DNA of 64,000 nucleotides, taken from positions 19,862 to 83,861 of the forward strand of contig JBBIJY010000015.1 in the NCBI GenBank assembly GCA_037445735.1, read 5' to 3'. This document shows positions 9,042 to 17,401 of this stretch, piece after piece; the first letter of the stretch is position 1, and each line of letters opens with the position of its first letter. A program made the position numbers and the translations under genes. The stretch is from Armatimonadota bacterium (GTDB lineage Bacteria > Armatimonadota > Fimbriimonadia > Fimbriimonadales > GBS-DC). The notes beneath the pieces are model-generated. The model did not search any database and had not been told where the DNA came from. It worked only from the letters and a program-made list of their open reading frames with translations.

Positions 9042-11005
9042 CGTCGTTCTCCTCCTGTGGCATGGGTTCGATTCGGCATGGGGCGCGGCATCTCCTGCAA
9101 GCTCTGGGTGAACAGCAGCGCCCAGTAGTGGAACGCGATTATCGCTGCCATCAGCGTGCCCAGATCGTTCAGCAGGAAGCAGAGTACGCCCGCCGTGAGC
9201 CACGCCGTCTGCAGCGGGCGCGGAATCGGAGACACAACCTGCGTCCGTCGCAGCCATCGCACCGCCAGCAGGCTCGTTAGCAGCAGAACCGCCCACGGCG
9301 ACAGAAGCGACTCGCCCAGATTCATGGCGAGTTTGCGGGCAATCAGCTGTGCGGCGTCGGAGCCATGCGCAGGGCTTGCGGGTTCGGTCAGGCTCGCCCA
9401 GAAGGCGTGCAGATGCGGCGTATTGAACCACAGCAGCGCCAGGCTCACCATCGCGATGACCCCCAGTCCCAGCACTGTGAGAACGCGCTTCTTGCGTGGC
9501 TGGGATGTCCCTGCCCCTGCAGTAAGGGCTATCCTGAACGCCAGCAGGGTGCCGATGGTCGCCAGCGTCGCGCCCACATTCGCCGATTGCCAGCTCATCC
9601 AGAGCGTGAACAGCGCCAGCAAAATGAGCGCACCGAGCGGCAGCCCCTCGATGCGCAGCCATGCCGCGCACAGCGTCAGCACCCAGCTGAGCGCGAGCGC
9701 CGCGTACGGATTACCAACGCCATAGAACCGATAGCCGCCAGTCAGTGTGTAGCCGAACAGCCCATCGCGGTTCCAGTCGCCGCCGCTGAGCGTATCCAGC
9801 ACGAGCGCGATCAGCCCCAGCCCCGCTATCGTTCCCAGCCCGACCAGCGGCGTGTCGAGCGCGCGTGCCAGCCAGCCGAGCATCGCCGTTCCGAGCAGCA
9901 CGATCAGGGGCGCGCTCCAGAGGATAGAGGTGGGCAGCGCGGCGGGCAGCAGGCTGACAACGCCGAGCGCCACCCCCCACACGCCCCATGTGGCAGGTTC
10001 CACCAGCGCCCGCCACGCCGGTGAGGCATCGGCAGAGGCGGGGCGCGGCGCAGGCGACGGCTGACCCACCACACGCAGGCGAACTGCCGCCTGCTGGCGC
10101 ATCGCGCGCCCTGCCTGATACGCCCACCAGCAGCCCAGCAGCGCCAGTCCAATCCACACCGCCCGGATCCATAACGCGCCCTGCCACAGCGGTTGACGCT
10201 TCAGCCACGCATCGCGCACCGTCAGCAACGCCTCCACCTTCACGGATGTGCCATCCCCACGCAACGGCGCGCCCAGCCCCGGTCGGGTACGCCACCCCAG
10301 CGCGACAAAGATGGTCGGGTTCAGTGAAAGCGTCTGACCCGCGCCCCGCACGCGCACCGAATCGTCCCACAGCCAGCCTCTGCCGACCTGCCTGCCGCGC
10401 AGCCACACCGCCCACAGCGCCTTCGCCTTGAGCGAACTACCCACCACAATCATCAGATCGTCGGGCTGATTGAAAAATCGGGCAAGAAGCGCCAGCCAGC
10501 GATCAATCTGCTGCCAGGCGCGTTGCAGCAGCTGTTCCGCCTGCGCGGGTGTGCAGTACTCGGCGTAGCGCAGGGCACGCTCCACCTCGCTGAGATGCAC
10601 ATAGAGCCACTTCGATTGCCCTATATCGCGCTGCCATGCGCGGGGTAGCGCCTCTGGCGCGGTGCGTATGCCGAACGCCATTCCCGAATCAGGCAACAGG
10701 GGCAACAGGCGCGCTGCGGGCGGCGGCGTGCGACGGAGAGGGGTATCGCCATAAGAGCGCGCTGGGGCGGGTTCGCCCGTCTCATCATCCACCAGCCACA
10801 GGGCGGCGTCCCACTCGCGGGAGGGCACAGCGTGATTGGCGGTCGGCACCAGCCAGCCGGCCGCACCGATGCTCAGCGCGCGCTGGAGCCACACACTGCG
10901 GGCGAACATCGCGTCGCCTCCCGCCACAATCACCACCAGCACCCGCGCCTGCCCAACTGTTAGCAGGCTCGCCACCAGAAGGCTGGTTATTAACCCTCGC
11001 GCCAT
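9038..11005 (-). CDS. Hypothetical polytopic membrane protein
   Basis: Exported N-terminal domain, about 10 hydrophobic segments and a GYRFYGVGN motif. Confidence 0.7.
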   Translation of the reverse strand: MARGLITSLLVASLLTVGQARVLVVIVAGGDAMFARSVWLQRALSIGAAGWLVPTANHAVPSREWDAALWLVDDETGEPAPARSYGDTPLRRTPPPAARLLPLLPDSGMAFGIRTAPEALPRAWQRDIGQSKWLYVHLSEVERALRYAEYCTPAQAEQLLQRAWQQIDRWLALLARFFNQPDDLMIVVGSSLKAKALWAVWLRGRQVGRGWLWDDSVRVRGAGQTLSLNPTIFVALGWRTRPGLGAPLRGDGTSVKVEALLTVRDAWLKRQPLWQGALWIRAVWIGLALLGCWWAYQAGRAMRQQAAVRLRVVGQPSPAPRPASADASPAWRALVEPATWGVWGVALGVVSLLPAALPTSILWSAPLIVLLGTAMLGWLARALDTPLVGLGTIAGLGLIALVLDTLSGGDWNRDGLFGYTLTGGYRFYGVGNPYAALALSWVLTLCAAWLRIEGLPLGALILLALFTLWMSWQSANVGATLATIGTLLAFRIALTAGAGTSQPRKKRVLTVLGLGVIAMVSLALLWFNTPHLHAFWASLTEPASPAHGSDAAQLIARKLAMNLGESLLSPWAVLLLTSLLAVRWLRRTQVVSPIPRPLQTAWLTAGVLCFLLNDLGTLMAAIIAFHYWALLFTQSLQEMPRPMPNRTHATGGERR

Positions 11006-11029
11006 CGGCTTCTATCTTACCTGCCACCT

Positions 11030-11464
11030 TCAGGGTACGCATTTCACTTCTGGATAGCGGTTGAAATCAGCGGGATTGAAAGTGCATAAGTGCTTAATCT
11101 CATAGCTTGCCATCCACGCTACCAGGCGCGCATCATGCGCCTCACGCCCCAGAACCAAATATTGGCGACAAATCTCCATCCAGCGCAACCACAGGTCGTG
11201 TTGATCTGGCAAAAGTAGAAAATCGGCAGCGACCTGTTGAAGCAGCTCATAAGCTTCTTCAGCTGTCATGCCAAAGCCATTCTGCGCTTTTGGGCGAGTC
11301 ACTACCACCCACATCTCATACAGTACCTGCGGCGCGACGCAGAGGATATAGCCTTGCTGCTCAAGCCACTGAAGGGACGCCACCGCCTGAATATGAAGAG
11401 GGTCATCCCTGGCGTAATACCGCAGAATTACCGAGGTATCTACCAGAGCCTTCTGTTCACTCAT
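11030..11464 (-). CDS. PIN-domain (VapC-like) ribonuclease toxin
   Basis: LVDTSV, QVLYE, HDARLVA and TFNPADF give the acidic tetrad. Start MSEQ overlaps the upstream stop. Confidence 0.88.
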   Translation of the reverse strand: MSEQKALVDTSVILRYYARDDPLHIQAVASLQWLEQQGYILCVAPQVLYEMWVVVTRPKAQNGFGMTAEEAYELLQQVAADFLLLPDQHDLWLRWMEICRQYLVLGREAHDARLVAWMASYEIKHLCTFNPADFNRYPEVKCVP

Positions 11465-12329
11465 CGTAGAATCCAGAGGCGCGAGAGCTGTGGACAGGAT
11501 CCGGCAAAGAAACCCCTTCCAGGATTCCTGCGTGTGCGGGAAGCAAACCGTTGTAAACCAGACCGTAGTTCTTCTCGTCAATCAAACCCCATACCCGATC
11601 GAACTGCCCCCACAGCTCACGCCCCCATGGCACATTTGCGCTGGGATTCTGATAGATTTCAAGCACAGGGATTTTCTCTTCCACATCAATCCCCCTGCGA
11701 CAATATTTTTCATATATTTTTTTGATATTTTTTATAAAATCACTGAAATTTTCGTATTTGATTTGCCTGATTTCTCGTTCAAATCCTGAAAGGTAAGCTT
11801 TTACTTCTTCAATGCGTAGTGCTGCAATTGCGCTGAGATGCGCGTTTCTCGCTGCATACGCAAGAAGAGAGCCTTTTTTTGTAAGCACAGCTCCAATTGG
11901 ATGAGCTTTGCCCTGAATCGGATTGAAGCTAATAGCTGAAGACAACCCGAGCAGCTTTTGCATAATAGTCACTTGATGTGTCTGCGCTCCACACGGATCA
12001 AACAGTACCACCATTACCGGCAGGTTTTGGAATGGGAATCTGACCCTCACTGTATCCAAGACTTTACGCAACTGATTGGCTTTCTTGCGCACCTTTAGGA
12101 GCAATCGCGAGGTTTTCACGGGTATAAGCTCTTCTTCTGAATCGATCTCAAACTCACTCACCTCAACCAGGGCCCTGGGTGCGCCAGAGGCATCCAGAAT
12201 GGTGAAGTCGGGTGCAGCGTCGCCTTTGTTCAGCCCCAGCTGGCGACGGAACTCTGCTTCTGTCCAGTATTGCCAGCCCTGCCGTTCCAGATACTCGCGG
12301 AACAGGTTCTCTGCTTGCTTATAGTGCAT
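11457..12329 (-). CDS. Hypothetical protein with a PD-(D/E)XK-like nuclease motif, AT-rich
   Basis: AENLFREYL...PDF...LVEVS pattern, with a markedly AT-rich interior (about 11650-12070). Confidence 0.6.
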   Translation of the reverse strand: MHYKQAENLFREYLERQGWQYWTEAEFRRQLGLNKGDAAPDFTILDASGAPRALVEVSEFEIDSEEELIPVKTSRLLLKVRKKANQLRKVLDTVRVRFPFQNLPVMVVLFDPCGAQTHQVTIMQKLLGLSSAISFNPIQGKAHPIGAVLTKKGSLLAYAARNAHLSAIAALRIEEVKAYLSGFEREIRQIKYENFSDFIKNIKKIYEKYCRRGIDVEEKIPVLEIYQNPSANVPWGRELWGQFDRVWGLIDEKNYGLVYNGLLPAHAGILEGVSLPDPVHSSRASGFYDE

Positions 12330-12347
12330 GCTTCTATTTTACCATGT

Positions 12348-13721
12348 CTACCCCACTGCCTCCACGATGTAGCGCACGATGAACACCAGCGCGAACACCA
12401 GCACCAGCCAGTGCACCTCGCGCAGCCGCCCCGTGACCAGCTTCAGCACCGTGTAGCTGATGAAGCCGATTGCGATTCCTTCGGTGATGCTGACGGTGAA
12501 CGCCATCAGCGCGATGGTCAGGAAGGCGGGCAGCGATTCGGTGAGGTCGTCCCAGGGGATATGGCGCACGCCTGTCAGCATGAACGCGCCCACCAGGATC
12601 AGCGCGGGCGCGATAATCGGGTACTGCTTGAACGGGAACTCGACGCCCGGCGCCACTGTCCAGGTGACGGTGGTCTCCGCTGTGAGCACGGCGACCAGCG
12701 GATAGACGAACAGCCCTGCCAGCATCAGGATGCCAGCAGTGATGGCGGTCAGCCCGGTGCGTCCGCCTGCCGAGACGCCCGCCGCGCTCTCGATGTAGGC
12801 GGTGATGGTGGAGGTGCCCAGCAGCCCGCCCAGCGTGGTGGCAATCGCGTCGCTCAGCAGTGCCCGCCCTGCGCGGGGCAGCCGACCGTTCTGGAGCAGC
12901 CCTGCCTGCGCACTCACGCCAATCAGCGTGCCCACCGTGTCGAACACCGACGCCAGAAAGAAGATGAACACGATGGCGATCAGCTCGGTTCCATGCGCGA
13001 ACAAGCCCCTTAAATCCAGCTTCAGAAAGGTCGGCTCGATGGAGGGTGGCAGCCAGCTCTGCGTGCGGAGCGGCTCCGTGCTGGTCAGCCCCATCAGCAA
13101 GGCGACCATCAGGCTCGCCATCAGCCCGATCAGGATCGCGCCACGGATGCGCAGCACGGTCAGCACCGCCATTACGATGAAGCCCACACCCGCCACCAGC
13201 ACCGACGGGCTGCCCAGGTCGCCAATCTGCACCAGCGTGCCCGCACTCGCCTTCACAAAGCCGCCCCATTCCAGCCCGATCAGCGTGATAAGCAGTCCGA
13301 TGCCCACCGCGATGCCATGCTTGAGCGATTGGGGCACACTGTCCACAATCGCCTCGCGGAAGCGCACGGCGGACAGCAGGATGAACAGCACGCCCGACAG
13401 AAAGACCGCCGCCAGCGCCTGCTGCCAGCTGTAGCCCATCAGCAGGCAGACCGTGTAGGCGAAAAAGGCGTTATGCCCCATGCCGGGCGCGCCCGCAATC
13501 GGGTAGTTCGCCAGCAAGCCTATCAGAATGCTCACCGTCGCGGCGCACAGGCAGGTCGCCACCATCACCGCGCCCTTGTCCATGCCCGCCACGCTCAAAA
13601 TGGCAGGATTGACAAAGATGATGTAGCTCATCGTGAGGAAGGTCGTAAGCCCCGCCAGCAGCTCCTGACGAACCGTTGTGCTCGACTCCCTTAACCGAAA
13701 AAGGCGCTCCAGCCAGCCCAT
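12348..13721 (-). CDS. NCS2-family (AzgA-like) purine permease
   Basis: AGLTTFLTMSYIIFVNP, APGMG and YIESAAGV..GGRTG motifs. RBS GGAGGAG upstream of ATG 13721. Confidence 0.93.
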   Translation of the reverse strand: MGWLERLFRLRESSTTVRQELLAGLTTFLTMSYIIFVNPAILSVAGMDKGAVMVATCLCAATVSILIGLLANYPIAGAPGMGHNAFFAYTVCLLMGYSWQQALAAVFLSGVLFILLSAVRFREAIVDSVPQSLKHGIAVGIGLLITLIGLEWGGFVKASAGTLVQIGDLGSPSVLVAGVGFIVMAVLTVLRIRGAILIGLMASLMVALLMGLTSTEPLRTQSWLPPSIEPTFLKLDLRGLFAHGTELIAIVFIFFLASVFDTVGTLIGVSAQAGLLQNGRLPRAGRALLSDAIATTLGGLLGTSTITAYIESAAGVSAGGRTGLTAITAGILMLAGLFVYPLVAVLTAETTVTWTVAPGVEFPFKQYPIIAPALILVGAFMLTGVRHIPWDDLTESLPAFLTIALMAFTVSITEGIAIGFISYTVLKLVTGRLREVHWLVLVFALVFIVRYIVEAVG

Positions 13722-13811
13722 CGCTCTCCTCCGTGAACCTCTATAAGAGTACCCGCCCTGCAAAGTAGTTCCATGCAGGAATCGAGCCATCGGGCGTGTA
13801 TAATCCCGATT

Positions 13812-14792
13812 ATGAATGCGATTGTTGGCTGGAGCGTTTCGTGTGCGCTGTTGATCGGGCTGGTGAGCATGGCAGCACGCCAGCCACAGGAGAAACCGTC
13901 AGCGCAGGCTGCCCCGCCCAAAATGCGCGGGCAGTGTGAAGTGTGCCACCGCCAGGAAGCGCTGGACTGGAGCCAGTCGCGCCATGCGCAGGCATGGGTC
14001 AGCGAAACTTTCGCCATGTCCACCAGCAACCGCTCCATCAAGATGTGCCTGCCCTGCCACGCGCCCGAGCCGATTCTGGTTAAGGGCTTCGGCGAGCATC
14101 CCGACCTGCGCAGCGGCGAGCGCGAACATGGCATCGACTGCATCAGCTGCCACCGCGATGCGAACGGCGCCTATCACGGCAGGCTCGGCACCCAGCCCGA
14201 AGACCACCCCGGTCCCGTCGTCAAAAACGAGAAGTTCGGCACGCACGAGATGTGCGGCACCTGCCACGAGGTGTTCGGCACCTACGACGCCTTCAAGCAG
14301 ACGCAGTGGGCGAAGGACCCCAACGGCTGCATCAACTGCCACATGCCCGTCGTGGAGCGACCGATTGCCGTCGCGCCATCGGGACTGCCCGCCCGCAAAG
14401 CGCGCGTGCATAAGTTCGAAGGCGCGACCCCCGAAATGTTCCAGAAGGGCGTCAAAGTCGCCGCCGAACGCAAGAACGACGCCCTGCAGGTGAGCATGGA
14501 AAGCGTGTGGGTCGGACACACCGTGCCCACAGGACCCGAGCAGGTGGTGATGATTGTCGATGTGCGCTTGCTGAAGGCAGGCAGCGAGGTCGGCAAGAAG
14601 CAGGAACTGCTCGCCGATAATGTCGCCATCGACGGCTCCGACACCCGCCTGCAACCGGGCGAACGGCGCGTGTTCCGCATCCCGCTGATCGGCGAACCCG
14701 ACGAAGCGCTCGTGCGAATCCTGCACAAGCGCAACCGCGACCTCCCCGACGAAAAGGCGACCGTCCTGTACGAAACGAAGGTGAAACTATGA
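13812..14792 (+). CDS. Secreted pentaheme c-type cytochrome
   Basis: Signal peptide and five CxxCH motifs (CEVCH, CLPCH, CISCH, CGTCH, CINCH). TATAAT lies 7 nt before ATG 13812. Confidence 0.88.
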   Translation: MNAIVGWSVSCALLIGLVSMAARQPQEKPSAQAAPPKMRGQCEVCHRQEALDWSQSRHAQAWVSETFAMSTSNRSIKMCLPCHAPEPILVKGFGEHPDLRSGEREHGIDCISCHRDANGAYHGRLGTQPEDHPGPVVKNEKFGTHEMCGTCHEVFGTYDAFKQTQWAKDPNGCINCHMPVVERPIAVAPSGLPARKARVHKFEGATPEMFQKGVKVAAERKNDALQVSMESVWVGHTVPTGPEQVVMIVDVRLLKAGSEVGKKQELLADNVAIDGSDTRLQPGERRVFRIPLIGEPDEALVRILHKRNRDLPDEKATVLYETKVKL

Positions 14793-16204
14793 GGCGATTC
14801 GCTGGCTTGCTGACGCTCTGGCTCGCGCTGGGGTTCACTCAACCCGCGCAGAACCCCATGGTGGCAATTGCCGGCAAAATCGTGGAGATCGATGCGCCCA
14901 TTCAGATCACCGCCGAAACCAATGTGGTCGGCTTCGACTGGCTGGAAAATGGGCGATACCTCGTGTACCAGATTGTGCCGCCAGAGAGCAGAGAGCGCTA
15001 TATCGCGCCCTCCAGCGATTCCACCCTCTGGCGACGGCAATTCTCGACCGCCCTCTATCTCTATGACACCCGAACCCGACGCACCACGCTCATCCATCGC
15101 GACAATATTGACGACTGGCGCGTGGTGCTGAACGGCAGGGCGGTGCTGTATGTCGTGCGTGACGCCCAGCTGGAACGGGCAGCGAATGGCGCGCATGAAA
15201 AGTCGCTCTCCACGCTCTACCTGCGCTCGTCCAGCCAGAGCCAGCCGAAGGTGATTCTGCAAATGGATACGCACATCGGGCTGAGCTGTTCACCGAATGG
15301 GCGCTATGTGCTGGTCAGCGCGCCCGGCGCATCGGGAGGCAACCCGCTGATCGATCTGCAAACAGGTCGCACGGTTCGCTCCTTCGACAACGCTCTATGG
15401 GTTTCGTCCATCTGGAGCGACGATAGCACCCTCTATCTGTCCCGCCGCCACCATCGGCAAAGGGACTATTTGGTCTATAATGTGCGCACCGACGAGATAA
15501 AGCCGATCACGGAGAGTGTGTACCGTCAGGTAGTCCAGCAGAAGCCCTCGCCAGTATATCGTCTGCTACGCTATGCGACGCGCCGTCTGCGCCTGCAAAC
15601 CCAGCTTGACACCCTGCCTGCGGAAGGGGTCGGCATAGCCCCCCTTATGCTGGAGCCGAAGTATAGCGCGACTCAGCTCTATCTCGAATCGCTGGAGGCG
15701 AAGACCGAGCGCTATCGTCGGGCGACAGTGGCACACGATAGCGATTCGCAGCTCTGCTCGCTGGCGCCTGATGAGAGCGGCGTCGCCTACTGCAACTGGC
15801 GCGGACAGCTATTCTATGTGCCCCTGCGCTCGCGCGACCCCAGCACCCTGCCCGAATCGCTCGCCTGCGGACTGGAACCCACCCGTGAACAAATCCGTGA
15901 CTACTATCTCAGCAACGGCAAGCAGATTGCGCTGGCGACGCTGATGTACTGTGCGGACTATGACGAGACCTTCCCACCCAGCCAGAGCATCACCGACCTG
16001 CTGTTCCCCTATATCAAGAACTCCGATGTGTTTCGCGACGCCTTCACAGGGCAACTGATCTTCACCTACCTGATGGATGGTCAAACCCTGTCCAGCATCA
16101 CGGAACCTGCCACGACTCCCATCGGTCGCCTCGACTGGGGCGATCCCGAATGGGTGGTGGTTCTCTACGCGGACGGTCATGTGAAAGCTGAGCGCCGGCA
16201 ATAG
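14789..16204 (+). CDS. Secreted TolB-like beta-propeller protein with a C-terminal DUF1559/H-X9-DG-like domain
   Basis: Signal peptide and propeller-like motifs (WLENGRYL, CSPNGRYV, LAPDESGVAY). C-terminal SNGKQIALATLMYCADYDETFP...YADGHVK. Confidence 0.65.
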   Translation: MRRFAGLLTLWLALGFTQPAQNPMVAIAGKIVEIDAPIQITAETNVVGFDWLENGRYLVYQIVPPESRERYIAPSSDSTLWRRQFSTALYLYDTRTRRTTLIHRDNIDDWRVVLNGRAVLYVVRDAQLERAANGAHEKSLSTLYLRSSSQSQPKVILQMDTHIGLSCSPNGRYVLVSAPGASGGNPLIDLQTGRTVRSFDNALWVSSIWSDDSTLYLSRRHHRQRDYLVYNVRTDEIKPITESVYRQVVQQKPSPVYRLLRYATRRLRLQTQLDTLPAEGVGIAPLMLEPKYSATQLYLESLEAKTERYRRATVAHDSDSQLCSLAPDESGVAYCNWRGQLFYVPLRSRDPSTLPESLACGLEPTREQIRDYYLSNGKQIALATLMYCADYDETFPPSQSITDLLFPYIKNSDVFRDAFTGQLIFTYLMDGQTLSSITEPATTPIGRLDWGDPEWVVVLYADGHVKAERRQ

Positions 16205-16242
16205 CGGTCTGAAACCGCTCGGGGCCCCCTCGCCAGCCACGC

Positions 16243-17238
16243 TTATCCTGGCTCGACAGGGAGCGGACACTGGCGCGCCAGCTCCGGGGAGCAACTTGCC
16301 AGACGCCCTATCTGCAGAGGAAACGCTATTTCCGGATAATGCTCGACCAATTCCAGAAAATCGTACCAGTGGCTATGGTTGCCCCGACGCCAGCGCGTCC
16401 CATACACCCGATCGCACGCCGCGTAAATCCGACTCCAGCGCCGACGCACCGCATGGTGCAGCGCCCCTCCGCGATAGTGGTTCCCTCTAAAACGGTCCAT
16501 CCTCGACAGCCAGTCGGCTATCTGCTCGTTGCTCAATCGCAGATGGTACGCCAGCTGCACCAGCAGCAACCGATCGCTCCGCAGATGCAGGCGGGGCGCC
16601 TCACGCTCAAACAGCTGAAACAGCAGCGTTGCCCAGCGCGGGCGCTGCTTAACCTGCGCGCGATCCAGCCCGACCAGCGCCGGTTTCCAGCCTCGCAGGC
16701 GAAGTGGATACTCATTCGGAGCGCGATAGACCTGACAGCCCATATCCACATAGCCGCTCAGCTCTTCCTCACCGAACACCTCTTTGGTGAACGACTTCAG
16801 ATGCAGTCCCCGATGCAGGTGAAGGAAACTGCGCAGAAGCAGCCATCGCGCCTGATCCAGCAGGGATGGCTCCCCATCCTCGCGCCAGCCGTAGAAGCCG
16901 ATGAGGTTGATCCCCTCGCCCCGATGTGCCTTCACCAGGTCAGGACCCCACACCACGCTGGCATAATGCACGCTGTTGAGTGCCAGACTGGTGTTGCTGG
17001 TGCGCACACTGGCGACAAAGTTGTCGCTGACAGCCACGGTCAGCCCGAAGGCATAAAGGGTGTCATCTTCATCCACCACCACGGCGGAGGTGGCACCGCC
17101 GCGGCGCAGCCATTCGCACCACTGATTAACGCGCTGGCGCATCAGGGAGTCGGTCAGCAGGCATGCGTCGCGACTGAGCGCCACACACCGCTCCACATCC
17201 TCCAGCGTTGTCAATCTCACTTTTAGCATAATCCTCAC
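16243..17238 (-). CDS. Hypothetical regulator: GNAT-like N-terminus plus LuxR-like HTH C-terminus
   Basis: N-terminal VRLTTLEDVERCVAL resembles a GNAT start. C-terminal LSNEQIADWL...AVRRRWSRIY is HTH-like. Divergent from a large secreted protein. Confidence 0.5.
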   Translation of the reverse strand: MRIMLKVRLTTLEDVERCVALSRDACLLTDSLMRQRVNQWCEWLRRGGATSAVVVDEDDTLYAFGLTVAVSDNFVASVRTSNTSLALNSVHYASVVWGPDLVKAHRGEGINLIGFYGWREDGEPSLLDQARWLLLRSFLHLHRGLHLKSFTKEVFGEEELSGYVDMGCQVYRAPNEYPLRLRGWKPALVGLDRAQVKQRPRWATLLFQLFEREAPRLHLRSDRLLLVQLAYHLRLSNEQIADWLSRMDRFRGNHYRGGALHHAVRRRWSRIYAACDRVYGTRWRRGNHSHWYDFLELVEHYPEIAFPLQIGRLASCSPELARQCPLPVEPG

Positions 17239-17401
17239 CTGCTTATAGATTCGCGCGGTGGTGGGTCATCTCCTGCTTCTGGAGGGCGAGAGGGGCGATT
17301 TGCTGGGGGGTGTTGTGCAAAATCGTCCCATGTATTCGCATTTTCTGGTCTCAAGAGCAGCAGGAAGGACTTGCAGAGTGGTGTATACTACAGATCAGGT
17401 G

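Noticed and set aside
13722-13811. Purine or xanthine riboswitch upstream of the NCS2 permease
   Set aside because: The region is only 90 bp, is shared with a divergent promoter, and lacks recognisable purine-riboswitch core sequences.
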